The notes under the pieces are model-generated. The model did no database searches, was not told the DNA's origin, and worked only from the letters and a program-made list of their open reading frames with translations. A program made the position numbers and the translations under genes. Below are positions 1 to 7,195 of a stretch of 27,719 nucleotides of DNA, in pieces (positions within the stretch are counted from its first letter, which is position 1; every line of letters begins with the position of its first letter). Origin of the DNA: Burkholderiales bacterium. Lineage in GTDB: Bacteria > Pseudomonadota > Gammaproteobacteria > Burkholderiales > Usitatibacteraceae. The stretch spans positions 1 to 27,719 of the forward strand of contig JAJAYN010000459.1 in the NCBI GenBank assembly GCA_026786225.1, given 5' to 3'.

Positions 1-2
1 CG

Positions 3-395
3 CCTACACCGCCCGCTGCACCGGCTGCGCCTTCCTCAGTCAAGCAAGCGATCACGATCCAGGCTGAAGCGCTGTTTGATTTCGACAAATCCGTGTTGAA
101 GCCAGCTGGCAAAAAGTCCATTGACGACGCAATTGCCAAGATGCAGCAAATTGACGTCCAAATGGTGATCGCAACCGGACACACCGACTCTGTCGGCACC
201 GATGCTTACAACCAGAAACTTTCCGAGCGTCGCGCAACATCGGTAAAAGAATATATGGTGTCCAAAGGTGTCGCTGCTGCCAAGATCACCACGCTGGGCA
301 AAGGTGAAACACAACCGGTCGCCACCAACAAGACTGCCGAAGGCCGCGCGAAGAATCGCCGCGTGGACATCGAGTTCAAAGGCGTGTCGAGGTAA
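3..395 (+). CDS. ompA: OmpA-family outer membrane protein, C-terminal peptidoglycan-binding domain (5'-truncated by the window edge)
   Basis: The frame is open from base 3: Pro/Ala linker PTPPAAPAAPSS, then ITIQAEALFDFDKSVLKP, GHTDSVGTDAYNQKLSERRA, GKGETQP and NRRVDIE. These are the standard OmpA_C motifs. Confidence 0.93.
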   Translation, partial: PTPPAAPAAPSSVKQAITIQAEALFDFDKSVLKPAGKKSIDDAIAKMQQIDVQMVIATGHTDSVGTDAYNQKLSERRATSVKEYMVSKGVAAAKITTLGKGETQPVATNKTAEGRAKNRRVDIEFKGVSR

Positions 396-414
396 TAAGC
401 ACTTAATGTTTCGC

Positions 415-446
415 AAGAGCCCCGCTTAACGCGGGGCTTTTTGTTT
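415..446 (+). terminator. Rho-independent terminator of ompA
   Basis: Stem AGCCCCGC (418-425) / GCGGGGCT (431-438), 5-nt loop, followed by a T-rich tract. Confidence 0.88.
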
Positions 447-468
447 GTAGGCTTAATTTTTGAGATGA

Positions 469-1797
469 TTGATTCAGGTTGAAATGACAACGACGCAAAT
501 GATTTCCCCGCGATGGCTCGTTCCGGTTGAACCTGCGGGCTTGGTGCTGGAAAACCACGCGCTAGTCGTCGATCACGGCAGAATTCTGGCTGTCCTCCCC
601 GTAGATGTCGCGCGCGGTCGCTTCACCGGCGTTCCCGAACTGGTTCTACCCGGCCACATACTCATTCCGGGCCTGATCAATTTGCATACGCATGCCGCCA
701 TGACACTGATGCGCGGCCTCGCCGACGACACGCCTCTGATGACATGGCTCAACGACCATATCTGGCCAAACGAAGCAAAGCATCTGTCCGAAGCGTACGT
801 GTTTGACGGCACCGAATTGGCAACAGCAGAAATGATCCGCTCGGGTACCACCTGCTTCGCCGACATGTACTTCTATCACGATGTGGCAGCGCGGGCCGCG
901 CTGAAGTCCGGAATGCGGGCAGCGCTGGGCGGTGCAATTCTGGAATTCCCGACGCCATACGCTGCAGATGCTGAGGCCTATATCGAGAAATGCCTCGCAC
1001 CCCGGGACGAGTTCGCCAATGATTCACGTCTGAAACTGATGCTGGCACCGCATGCGCCGTACACCGTCAGCGACAAAACGTTTGCACGTATTTCTACCAT
1101 CGCGGCCGAAGCGGATTACCCGGTCATGATGCACATCCACGAAACGCTGGATGAAATTGCACAGGGTGAAAAGGAATACGGCTGTCGTCCGATTGAACGC
1201 CTCGAATGGCTCGGAATTCTTGGGCCGAATCTCATCGCGGTGCATTGTGTGCATCTGACGCCAGTTGAGATCGATATCTACGCCAGGCTCGGCGTACACG
1301 TGGCACATTGCCCGGCATCGAACCTGAAACTCGCCAGTGGTATTGCACCCGTCAGCGCAATGCTGAAAGCCGGCATCAATGTCGGCATTGGCACCGATGG
1401 CGCTGCCAGCAATAACCGCCTGGATATGCTCGGTGAAACACGCCTCGCCTCGCTTCTGCAGAAGGGCACGACCGGCGACGCTGCCGCTTTGCCTGCGCAT
1501 CAGAAGCTGGAGATGGCAACGCTCAATGCCGCCAAGGCGTTGGGCTGGCAGGATGAAATCGGCTCACTGGTGGCGGGCAAAGCCGCCGACATGACTGCAA
1601 TCGACTTGTCATCAATCGAAACGCAGCCGGTCTATGATCCGGTCTCGCATATCTTCCATGCGGCGGGCCGCGAAAGTGTGAGTCACGTCTGGGTGAATGG
1701 GGAACTGTTGCTGGACAATCGGACTCTCATCCGTCAGGATTTGAATGAATTGAAAACGAAAGCGGCCATCTGGCAGCAACGCTTTGCGAGTAAATGA
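469..1797 (+). CDS. mtaD: TRZ/ATZ-family amidohydrolase, probable 5'-methylthioadenosine/S-adenosylhomocysteine deaminase (start may be ATG 484 or 499)
   Basis: Metal-binding motifs HTHAAM, APHAPY, HIHET, AVHCVH and GTDGAASNN. It sits directly upstream of ubiG, the arrangement known for Pseudomonas PA3170-ubiG-PA3172. Confidence 0.78.
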   Translation: MIQVEMTTTQMISPRWLVPVEPAGLVLENHALVVDHGRILAVLPVDVARGRFTGVPELVLPGHILIPGLINLHTHAAMTLMRGLADDTPLMTWLNDHIWPNEAKHLSEAYVFDGTELATAEMIRSGTTCFADMYFYHDVAARAALKSGMRAALGGAILEFPTPYAADAEAYIEKCLAPRDEFANDSRLKLMLAPHAPYTVSDKTFARISTIAAEADYPVMMHIHETLDEIAQGEKEYGCRPIERLEWLGILGPNLIAVHCVHLTPVEIDIYARLGVHVAHCPASNLKLASGIAPVSAMLKAGINVGIGTDGAASNNRLDMLGETRLASLLQKGTTGDAAALPAHQKLEMATLNAAKALGWQDEIGSLVAGKAADMTAIDLSSIETQPVYDPVSHIFHAAGRESVSHVWVNGELLLDNRTLIRQDLNELKTKAAIWQQRFASK

Positions 1798-2519
1798 GAA
1801 TGCATGAAACGTCCAGTGCAAATAGCAACGTAGATCAGGCCGAACTTGCCAAATTTGGTGCGCTTGCCGCACGCTGGTGGGACCCAAATAGCGAATTCAA
1901 ACCGCTCCACGACATCAATCCGCTGCGCCTGGCATGGATCGACAAGCACGCAGGCCTGGCAGGCAAACGTGTAATCGATATCGGCTGTGGCGGCGGTATC
2001 CTTGCCGAGAGCATGGCGCGGCGTGGTGCTGATGTGACGGGTATCGATTTATCGGAGAAGCCGCTCAACGTCGCGAAATTACACTTGCTTGAAAGTGGGC
2101 AGCACGTTGAATACCAGTTGATCGCTGCTGAAGAAATCGCGAAGCAGCAACCGGAAAGTTTTGATTGTGTCACCTGCATGGAAATGCTGGAGCACGTTCC
2201 TGACCCGCTCTCCACCGTGCGCGCTGCCGCAACCCTTGCCAAGCCCGGTGGCTGGATATTTTTTTCCACCCTGAACCGCAATCCAAAATCGTTTCTGTTC
2301 GCCATCATTGGCGCAGAATATGTATTGAATCTCCTGCCCAAAGGCACGCACGAATACCGGCGATTCATCACACCGGCAGAGCTCGCCGCGATGGCGCGGG
2401 ATGCGGATCTCACTGTGACCGAATTTATCGGGATGACCTACAATCCGTTCAGCAAAATCTATGCGCTTAACGAAGATGTGAGCGTGAATTACATTGTGGC
2501 CTGCCGCAAACCTGCCTGA
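1794..2519 (+). CDS. ubiG: 3-demethylubiquinol / 2-polyprenyl-6-hydroxyphenol O-methyltransferase
   Basis: [36 protein letters not shown] motif [23 protein letters not shown], and LLPKGTH. Confidence 0.96.
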   Translation: MRMHETSSANSNVDQAELAKFGALAARWWDPNSEFKPLHDINPLRLAWIDKHAGLAGKRVIDIGCGGGILAESMARRGADVTGIDLSEKPLNVAKLHLLESGQHVEYQLIAAEEIAKQQPESFDCVTCMEMLEHVPDPLSTVRAAATLAKPGGWIFFSTLNRNPKSFLFAIIGAEYVLNLLPKGTHEYRRFITPAELAAMARDADLTVTEFIGMTYNPFSKIYALNEDVSVNYIVACRKPA

Positions 2520-2540
2520 TCCGCGTTGACCGTAAACCCC

Positions 2541-3731
2541 ATGAACCGCCGACATTTCCTGTCACTCGCTTCTGCCGCGCCGCTGTTAAGCCTGCCGTGG
2601 GCGAGTGGCCTGTACGCGAGCACGGGTGCGGCGAGGCGGCCACCTTCCCTACTGGTGCTGGTGTATCTGCGCGGCGGCAACGATGCCTACAACACGTTCG
2701 TACCGCTTAACGATGCGCGTTACCGGAAACTGCGGCCCAATATTGCGATTGCACGCGAGCAGGTCATCCCGTTTTCGGCCACGCACGGCTTCAATGAAGC
2801 GTTGAAGCCACTGCTCCCCCTATGGGAAAACAGGGAAATGTTGCTGCTGCAAGGTATCGGCCAGCAGGAAGTCACCAATCAGCACTTTCGCGATGTCGAG
2901 ACGCAGTTCACTGCGGCCAGCCCAGACCAGTATTACGCCGATGGCTGGCTCACCCGTGCCCTGGGCGCCAATGTCGGCAATGACAGGCTGGGCAAATCAC
3001 AGCTCGATGCGATTGCGTTCGGTGACCTCGACATTCGCGAAGCCGATCCGATGGGCCCATTTCGTGGCAACAAAGCCCGTGTCATCAACATGCAGCATCC
3101 GTCGGAATGGCTTAGCGGCCAAAAGGTGACTGGCACGCAATACCTTGCGACTGCGCCCGCGCGTACATTTGCAGAAACATTCTCACAGCCACATCGCGTG
3201 ACGCTTAAAACCAGTTTTCCCACCAATGAATTTGGCGATGCATTGCGAGCGACTGCGGAACTTGCCGCCGCAGGCTTGGCCCCGCCCGTTGTGCACATCA
3301 CGCTGACCGCAAGCGATGACGATCAACACCATGCATTCGATACGCACTGGGACCAGCATAAATATCATGGCCCGACGCTGACGCGCCTTGCCGAAGGCCT
3401 TGCAGCGTTCCGCAATGCCATGCGCGAAATCGGCCTCTGGGATACCACGCTCGTGGCGACGTACGACGAATTCGGACGCTGCCCGAAGGAGAATGACAAA
3501 CAAGGGACCCATCACGGCTGGGGCTCCACACATTTTGTCCTTGGCGGAAAAGTAAAAGGCGGTCTGCTCGGCGAGCCCATCCCGGTCGTTGATGTATTCG
3601 CCATCGATGGCCCGCCGCCCGTGATCGACTATCGTGAACTTTACACCTCGATTATCGAGCAATGGTGGGGCGGCAAAGCGCGCGGCGTGTTTGATCGCAG
3701 CTTCAAACCGCTAGATATACTGCGCAGTTAG
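2541..3731 (+). CDS. DUF1501-family protein with a Tat signal (start ATG 2541 preferred over TTG 2526)
   Basis: MNRRHFLSLA twin-arginine motif; LVLVYLRGGNDAYN, Y..LRPNIAI, HFRD, FDTH, YDEFGR, GTHHGWG and IDYR, all typical of DUF1501. Confidence 0.82.
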   Translation: MNRRHFLSLASAAPLLSLPWASGLYASTGAARRPPSLLVLVYLRGGNDAYNTFVPLNDARYRKLRPNIAIAREQVIPFSATHGFNEALKPLLPLWENREMLLLQGIGQQEVTNQHFRDVETQFTAASPDQYYADGWLTRALGANVGNDRLGKSQLDAIAFGDLDIREADPMGPFRGNKARVINMQHPSEWLSGQKVTGTQYLATAPARTFAETFSQPHRVTLKTSFPTNEFGDALRATAELAAAGLAPPVVHITLTASDDDQHHAFDTHWDQHKYHGPTLTRLAEGLAAFRNAMREIGLWDTTLVATYDEFGRCPKENDKQGTHHGWGSTHFVLGGKVKGGLLGEPIPVVDVFAIDGPPPVIDYRELYTSIIEQWWGGKARGVFDRSFKPLDILRS

Positions 3732-3779
3732 TTGGCTGCCGCGCAGTTATTTGGCTCCCAACATCGCAACCTCCCGCCG

Positions 3780-4454
3780 GTGAGCATCTTGGCCGCGAAC
3801 GCTGTCAAGGCGGTATTGTTTGATCTGGACGGCACCTTTGCCGATACCGCGCCCGATATGGCGCGTGCCCTGAACGTCATCCGTCATCGCCACGGCCTCA
3901 CTGCCCTGCCTCTGTCTGCGGTCCGCCCGCATGTGTCGCACGGTGCGCGCGGCATGCTGGAGGTCGGCTTTGGCATCAACCCGCAACACGCAACTTTTGC
4001 TGCATTGCGCGATGCGTTCTACGACGAATATCAGGAAAATATATGCATTGAAAGCACGCTTTTCGCGGGCATCGATTCGCTCGTCAGTGCGCTGGAACAA
4101 CACGCAATCGCCTGGGGCATCGTCACCAACAAGGCTGCACGTTTTGCCTTGCCCATCGCTGAAGCGCTGGGTTTCGCACAACGCGCCGGGTGCATCGTCT
4201 GCGGCGACACGACACCACACACCAAGCCACACCCTGCGCCACTGCTGCATGCGGCGGACTTGATTGGCATTGCACCAGCTGACACGCTGTACGTAGGCGA
4301 CGATGCCCGCGACATTCAAGCGGCACATGCCGCGGGCATGCGCGGCGTCGTCGCCGAGTATGGTTACATCGGTGCGGATATCGATCCAAGCCTGTGGGGA
4401 GCGGCATTTTCGATCAACGCGCCGTTGGCGCTGAAGCCTCTGGTCTGCGGTTAA
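3780..4454 (+). CDS. gph: HAD-IA phosphatase (Gph/MupP-like, ubiG-linked); start GTG 3780 or nearby
   Basis: HAD motifs LFDLDGT, VTNK, KPHPAP and YVGDD. Position after ubiG is conserved; the Pseudomonas gene at this position is MupP, so the substrate is uncertain. Confidence 0.8.
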   Translation: MSILAANAVKAVLFDLDGTFADTAPDMARALNVIRHRHGLTALPLSAVRPHVSHGARGMLEVGFGINPQHATFAALRDAFYDEYQENICIESTLFAGIDSLVSALEQHAIAWGIVTNKAARFALPIAEALGFAQRAGCIVCGDTTPHTKPHPAPLLHAADLIGIAPADTLYVGDDARDIQAAHAAGMRGVVAEYGYIGADIDPSLWGAAFSINAPLALKPLVCG

Positions 4455-4539
4455 CCGCATTACCCAAGGGCCGCGCCGACACGGCTTGAAATTCAGGGCT
4501 TCACCCCGACATTGAGCGTAGAATCAACAAATCGAATTC

Positions 4540-4902
4540 GGGGCCGACCTGGTTTCGACGTGGGCTACAAAGCAGAACCGTGCATACCGAGGGGTGGTCA
4601 CCTCGTAAATACAACCGCAAACCAATAGTCGCAAACGACGAAAACTACGCTCTAGCTGCTTAAACCCAGCTGGACTCTGCACCGGTGGGCCTCAACGCCG
4701 GGTGTAGCAATACACAGCAGAGTCATTAACGAGGATCGCTTCATGTCGGGTCACTTGGCACGAAGTTAAATTTAGGTGGCTCGCTCCTCACCAGCCTGCC
4801 CGTTGGCGTGTGAGAGGTCAGAATCAAATACCGGGATCTAAGTATGTAGAGCGGCCTGTAGAGGGCTTGCGGACGCGGGTTCGATTCCCGCCGGCTCCAC
4901 CA
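4540..4902 (+). ncRNA. ssrA: tmRNA (transfer-messenger RNA)
   Basis: 5' end GGGGCCGACCTGGTTTCGAC; tag frame GCA AAC GAC GAA AAC TAC GCT CTA GCT GCT TAA (ANDENYALAA*) at 4631-4663; T-arm GCGGGTTCGATTCCCGC and a 3' end CTCCACCA. Confidence 0.98.
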
Positions 4903-4951
4903 ACAAGTAAAAACGCCATCCGGCTTCATCGGATGGCGTTTTTACTTGTTG
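4901..4951. terminator. Long perfect hairpin after ssrA, probable bidirectional terminator
   Basis: 22-bp perfect inverted repeat CAACAAGTAAAAACGCCATCCG (4901-4922) / CGGATGGCGTTTTTACTTGTTG (4930-4951), 7-nt loop, with T-runs on both strands. Confidence 0.8.
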
Positions 4952-5097
4952 ATTGCAGTTAGCGGGAACCGAATCCGCGTCCGGCACGGACGCGGGATGA
5001 GCCCGGACACAAAACAAGCCCTGCGGCTTGTTTTGTGCCTGCCGAATACGAGCGCCATGCAGGGCGCGAGGTGGCTTTTTCGGTGAAGCCGAAAAAG

Positions 5098-5118
5098 GAT
5101 TCCCGCCGGCTCGACCAA
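5098..5118 (+). repeat. Direct-repeat copy of the ssrA 3' end (att-like core)
   Basis: GATTCCCGCCGGCTCGACCAA matches ssrA 4883-4903 (GATTCCCGCCGGCTCCACCAA) at 20 of 21 positions and lies just upstream of an integrase remnant. Confidence 0.85.
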
Positions 5119-5229
5119 TAACACCCGCAACAGCGTTCAACGCGGTCCAAGTGACGGCATTTTTCTTTTGTTGTCAAGCTACTTAGCGTCCAGCGAGGTA
5201 TTGCAAAATCCGGCTACAGCCAATCATAC

Positions 5230-5293
5230 TGGGGGTATGGATTGGGGGCATGTCAAGAAATTGAACCGGAGAAAAAACATGGCTGGGGGTATG
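5230..5293 (+). repeat. Three TGGGGGYATG direct repeats, candidate integrase arm-type sites
   Basis: TGGGGGTATG at 5230-5239, TGGGGGCATG at 5243-5252 and TGGGGGTATG at 5284-5293 (the last overlaps the integrase ATG). Confidence 0.55.
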
Positions 5294-5960
5294 AAAAGCA
5301 AGCTCTCTGATAAAGCGGTCAAATCATTCACAGGCAAGGTTTGCCGGGGAAGAAGTTGGCGGACGGCGGCGGCATATAGCTGTTTATCTCTCCTGCACGG
5401 AGCGCGACCTGGCGCGTCAAGTATCGGATCGACAGTAAGGAGAAGACATATACGATTGGCCCTATCCCACCGTAACGCTCAGTGGAGCGCGTATCGAGTT
5501 GGTGGAAATTATGGCGTTGCTTCTGGAAGGCAAGGATCCCTTCACTGATCGCCGCGTTTCACGAGTCGCTTATTCAGCCAGCGCAGACCAAACGTTTCAA
5601 GTGGTTGCGCAGGAGTGGCTCGCGATGAAGCAAAAGGAATGGGGTGCAGTTCACTTTACCAAGTCCACGCATGCGCTTTAGTGGGATGTTTATCCACCTC
5701 TTGGAAAGCTACCGGTGTCGGACATCACCGCGACGATGGTCGCCAAAATGATCGAAGACATCCGCGATCGTGACGTACTTAAGACTGCCTAGCGAATATT
5801 GCAGCACGTAAACGGAGTCTTCTGTTATGCGCACGCCAAGGGACTCTGTCGCGACCATCCTGCAATATCAGCTCACGAGGTCCTGCCACGCAAGAAAAAC
5901 AGCAGCCGAATGCCCGCCCTGCTGGAATGGTCGGCACTGGGGAATGTGCAGCGCTCTGCA
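5291..5960 (+). pseudogene. P4-type tyrosine integrase pseudogene (arm-binding and core-binding domains only)
   Basis: Stitched translation: MKSKLSDKAVKSF / PGKKLADGGGI*LFISP...TWRVKYRIDSKEKTYTIG / YPTVTLSGAR...KDP...TFQVVAQEWL...AL*WDVYPPLGKLPVSDIT...TA*RILQHVNGVFCYA. It has two frameshifts, TAG stops at 5377, 5679 and 5790, and no catalytic C-terminal domain. Confidence 0.88.
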
Positions 5961-6002
5961 AGCATATGCGCGGGATGCTCAGCCATGTTGCCGCTAGCGC
6001 AT

Positions 6003-7007
6003 TCATCCTTCTTCAAGTCGGAAATATGCGATGACCTCCTTTGCCCGCTTGAGCCGAACAGCGAGTGCAGGCCCACCTGCCACCGCCACGCCCACTGCCA
6101 TCGTATCTATCATCACCAAGTGAACCATTCTTGAGATCATCGGCGCGTAAACATCCAAGTCCTCCGGCGCATCCACGAGTAGCGCGACGTTTGCAAGGTT
6201 TGCCAGTGGCGAGCCGCTCGCGGTGATCGCGATGACAGCCGCACCACCATCGCGCGCAATTTGCACACTTCGGATGAGTTCTCGCGTGCGGCCGGTTCCG
6301 GAGATGGCCACCACCACATCACCTTTCCCGAGCAAAGATGCCGACATGGCATGAACATGCGGGTCTGAATAAGCCGCTGTGGGAACACCGAGCCGAAAAA
6401 ACTTGTGCTGCGCATCCATCGCCACGATGCCGGAGTTACCTTGGCCGTAGAACTCGATCCGCCTTGCCGCAACAAGCAAGTGCGTCGCGCGCTGCAGCGC
6501 CTCAGGATCCAAATGGTTGCGTGCTGTGACGAGCGCGCTGATTCCACGGTCGAAAACTTTGGCCCCAATATCGGCCATCGAATCGAGCAGGCCCACATCC
6601 TGATGAACAAATGGAACGCCGTTCGCCAGGCTTTGCGCCAGCCGCAACTTGAAGTCGCGAAAGCCGCTGAAGCCGACAGCCGTGCAAAAACGCGCCACCG
6701 TAGGCTGACTGACGCCGGTGCGCGCGGCAATTTCAGGGAACGAAAGGCTGATGACGAGATTGGGATGTCGCAGGACAAACCGCGCAACCGATTGCTCGGA
6801 CGGACGTAGACTGTCCAGCAAGCTTTCGACACGGTCCAACAGCGTTGCCTTCCCTGTTTCCACAGGTGCAGAGACTGGCTTGTCGCGCTGCGCAGGGCGG
6901 CTGGCAGCAGCCACTTTCAATCGGCGGTCTTTGGGCGCACCAACCCCTTTCTCGACGGGCACGAGCGTCACTCGGGCGCTGGGGTTGAAGACATTTGCAT
7001 CCATCAT
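6003..7007 (-). CDS. hexR: HexR (RpiR-family) transcriptional regulator; the true start is probably internal (GTG 6863, ACG 6845 or TTG 6839)
   Basis: HTH region LRPSEQSVARFVL...GVSQPTVARFC..GFSGFRDFKLRLAQSL and SIS domain FYGQGNSGIVAMDAQHKFFRLG. Divergent from edd. Confidence 0.88.
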   Translation of the reverse strand: MMDANVFNPSARVTLVPVEKGVGAPKDRRLKVAAASRPAQRDKPVSAPVETGKATLLDRVESLLDSLRPSEQSVARFVLRHPNLVISLSFPEIAARTGVSQPTVARFCTAVGFSGFRDFKLRLAQSLANGVPFVHQDVGLLDSMADIGAKVFDRGISALVTARNHLDPEALQRATHLLVAARRIEFYGQGNSGIVAMDAQHKFFRLGVPTAAYSDPHVHAMSASLLGKGDVVVAISGTGRTRELIRSVQIARDGGAAVIAITASGSPLANLANVALLVDAPEDLDVYAPMISRMVHLVMIDTMAVGVAVAGGPALAVRLKRAKEVIAYFRLEEG

Positions 7008-7035
7008 TCTCGCTTCATCGCATGTAGTTTGTCAA
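7006..7035 (-). promoter_or_regulatory. Candidate sigma70 promoter for hexR
   Basis: Minus strand TTGACA (7035-7030), 18-bp spacer, GAGAAT (7011-7006). Perfect -35 with a weak -10. Confidence 0.45.
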
Positions 7036-7037
7036 CA
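7023..7037. promoter_or_regulatory. Degenerate HexR-type box overlapping the hexR -35
   Basis: TGTAGTTTGTCAACA is a 15-bp TGTA-N7-(T/A)ACA variant of the strong box at 7144. Confidence 0.4.
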
Positions 7038-7131
7038 AAACGCACATGGCGGTTCATCAAAATGACGCCTGCAATTGCTGTTAGTGCTATGAATGTTTGC
7101 TAATATTGTCCGCATTACTGCTAGCCCGGCA

Positions 7132-7160
7132 TTGACATAGTTCTGTAGATTTTCTACACT
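7132..7160 (+). promoter_or_regulatory. Sigma70 promoter of edd-eda
   Basis: TTGACA (7132-7137), 17-bp spacer, TACACT (7155-7160). An AAAGGA ribosome-binding site precedes ATG 7196. Confidence 0.75.
7144..7158. promoter_or_regulatory. HexR operator
   Basis: Palindrome TGTAGA-TTT-TCTACA matches the TGTA-N7-TACA shape of HexR boxes and overlaps the spacer and -10 of the edd promoter. Confidence 0.72.
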
Positions 7161-7195
7161 GTCACATCGTTTGTGCATATCCAAAAGGAACCGAT

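Noticed and set aside
4446-4459. 14-bp palindrome TGCGGTTAACCGCA across the HAD phosphatase stop codon
   Set aside because: Single occurrence with no T-tract and no known motif match; insufficient support.
5168-5548. 126-aa ORF upstream of and within the integrase
   Set aside because: It only contains the first integrase codons and then runs out of frame; it is a pseudogene by-product.
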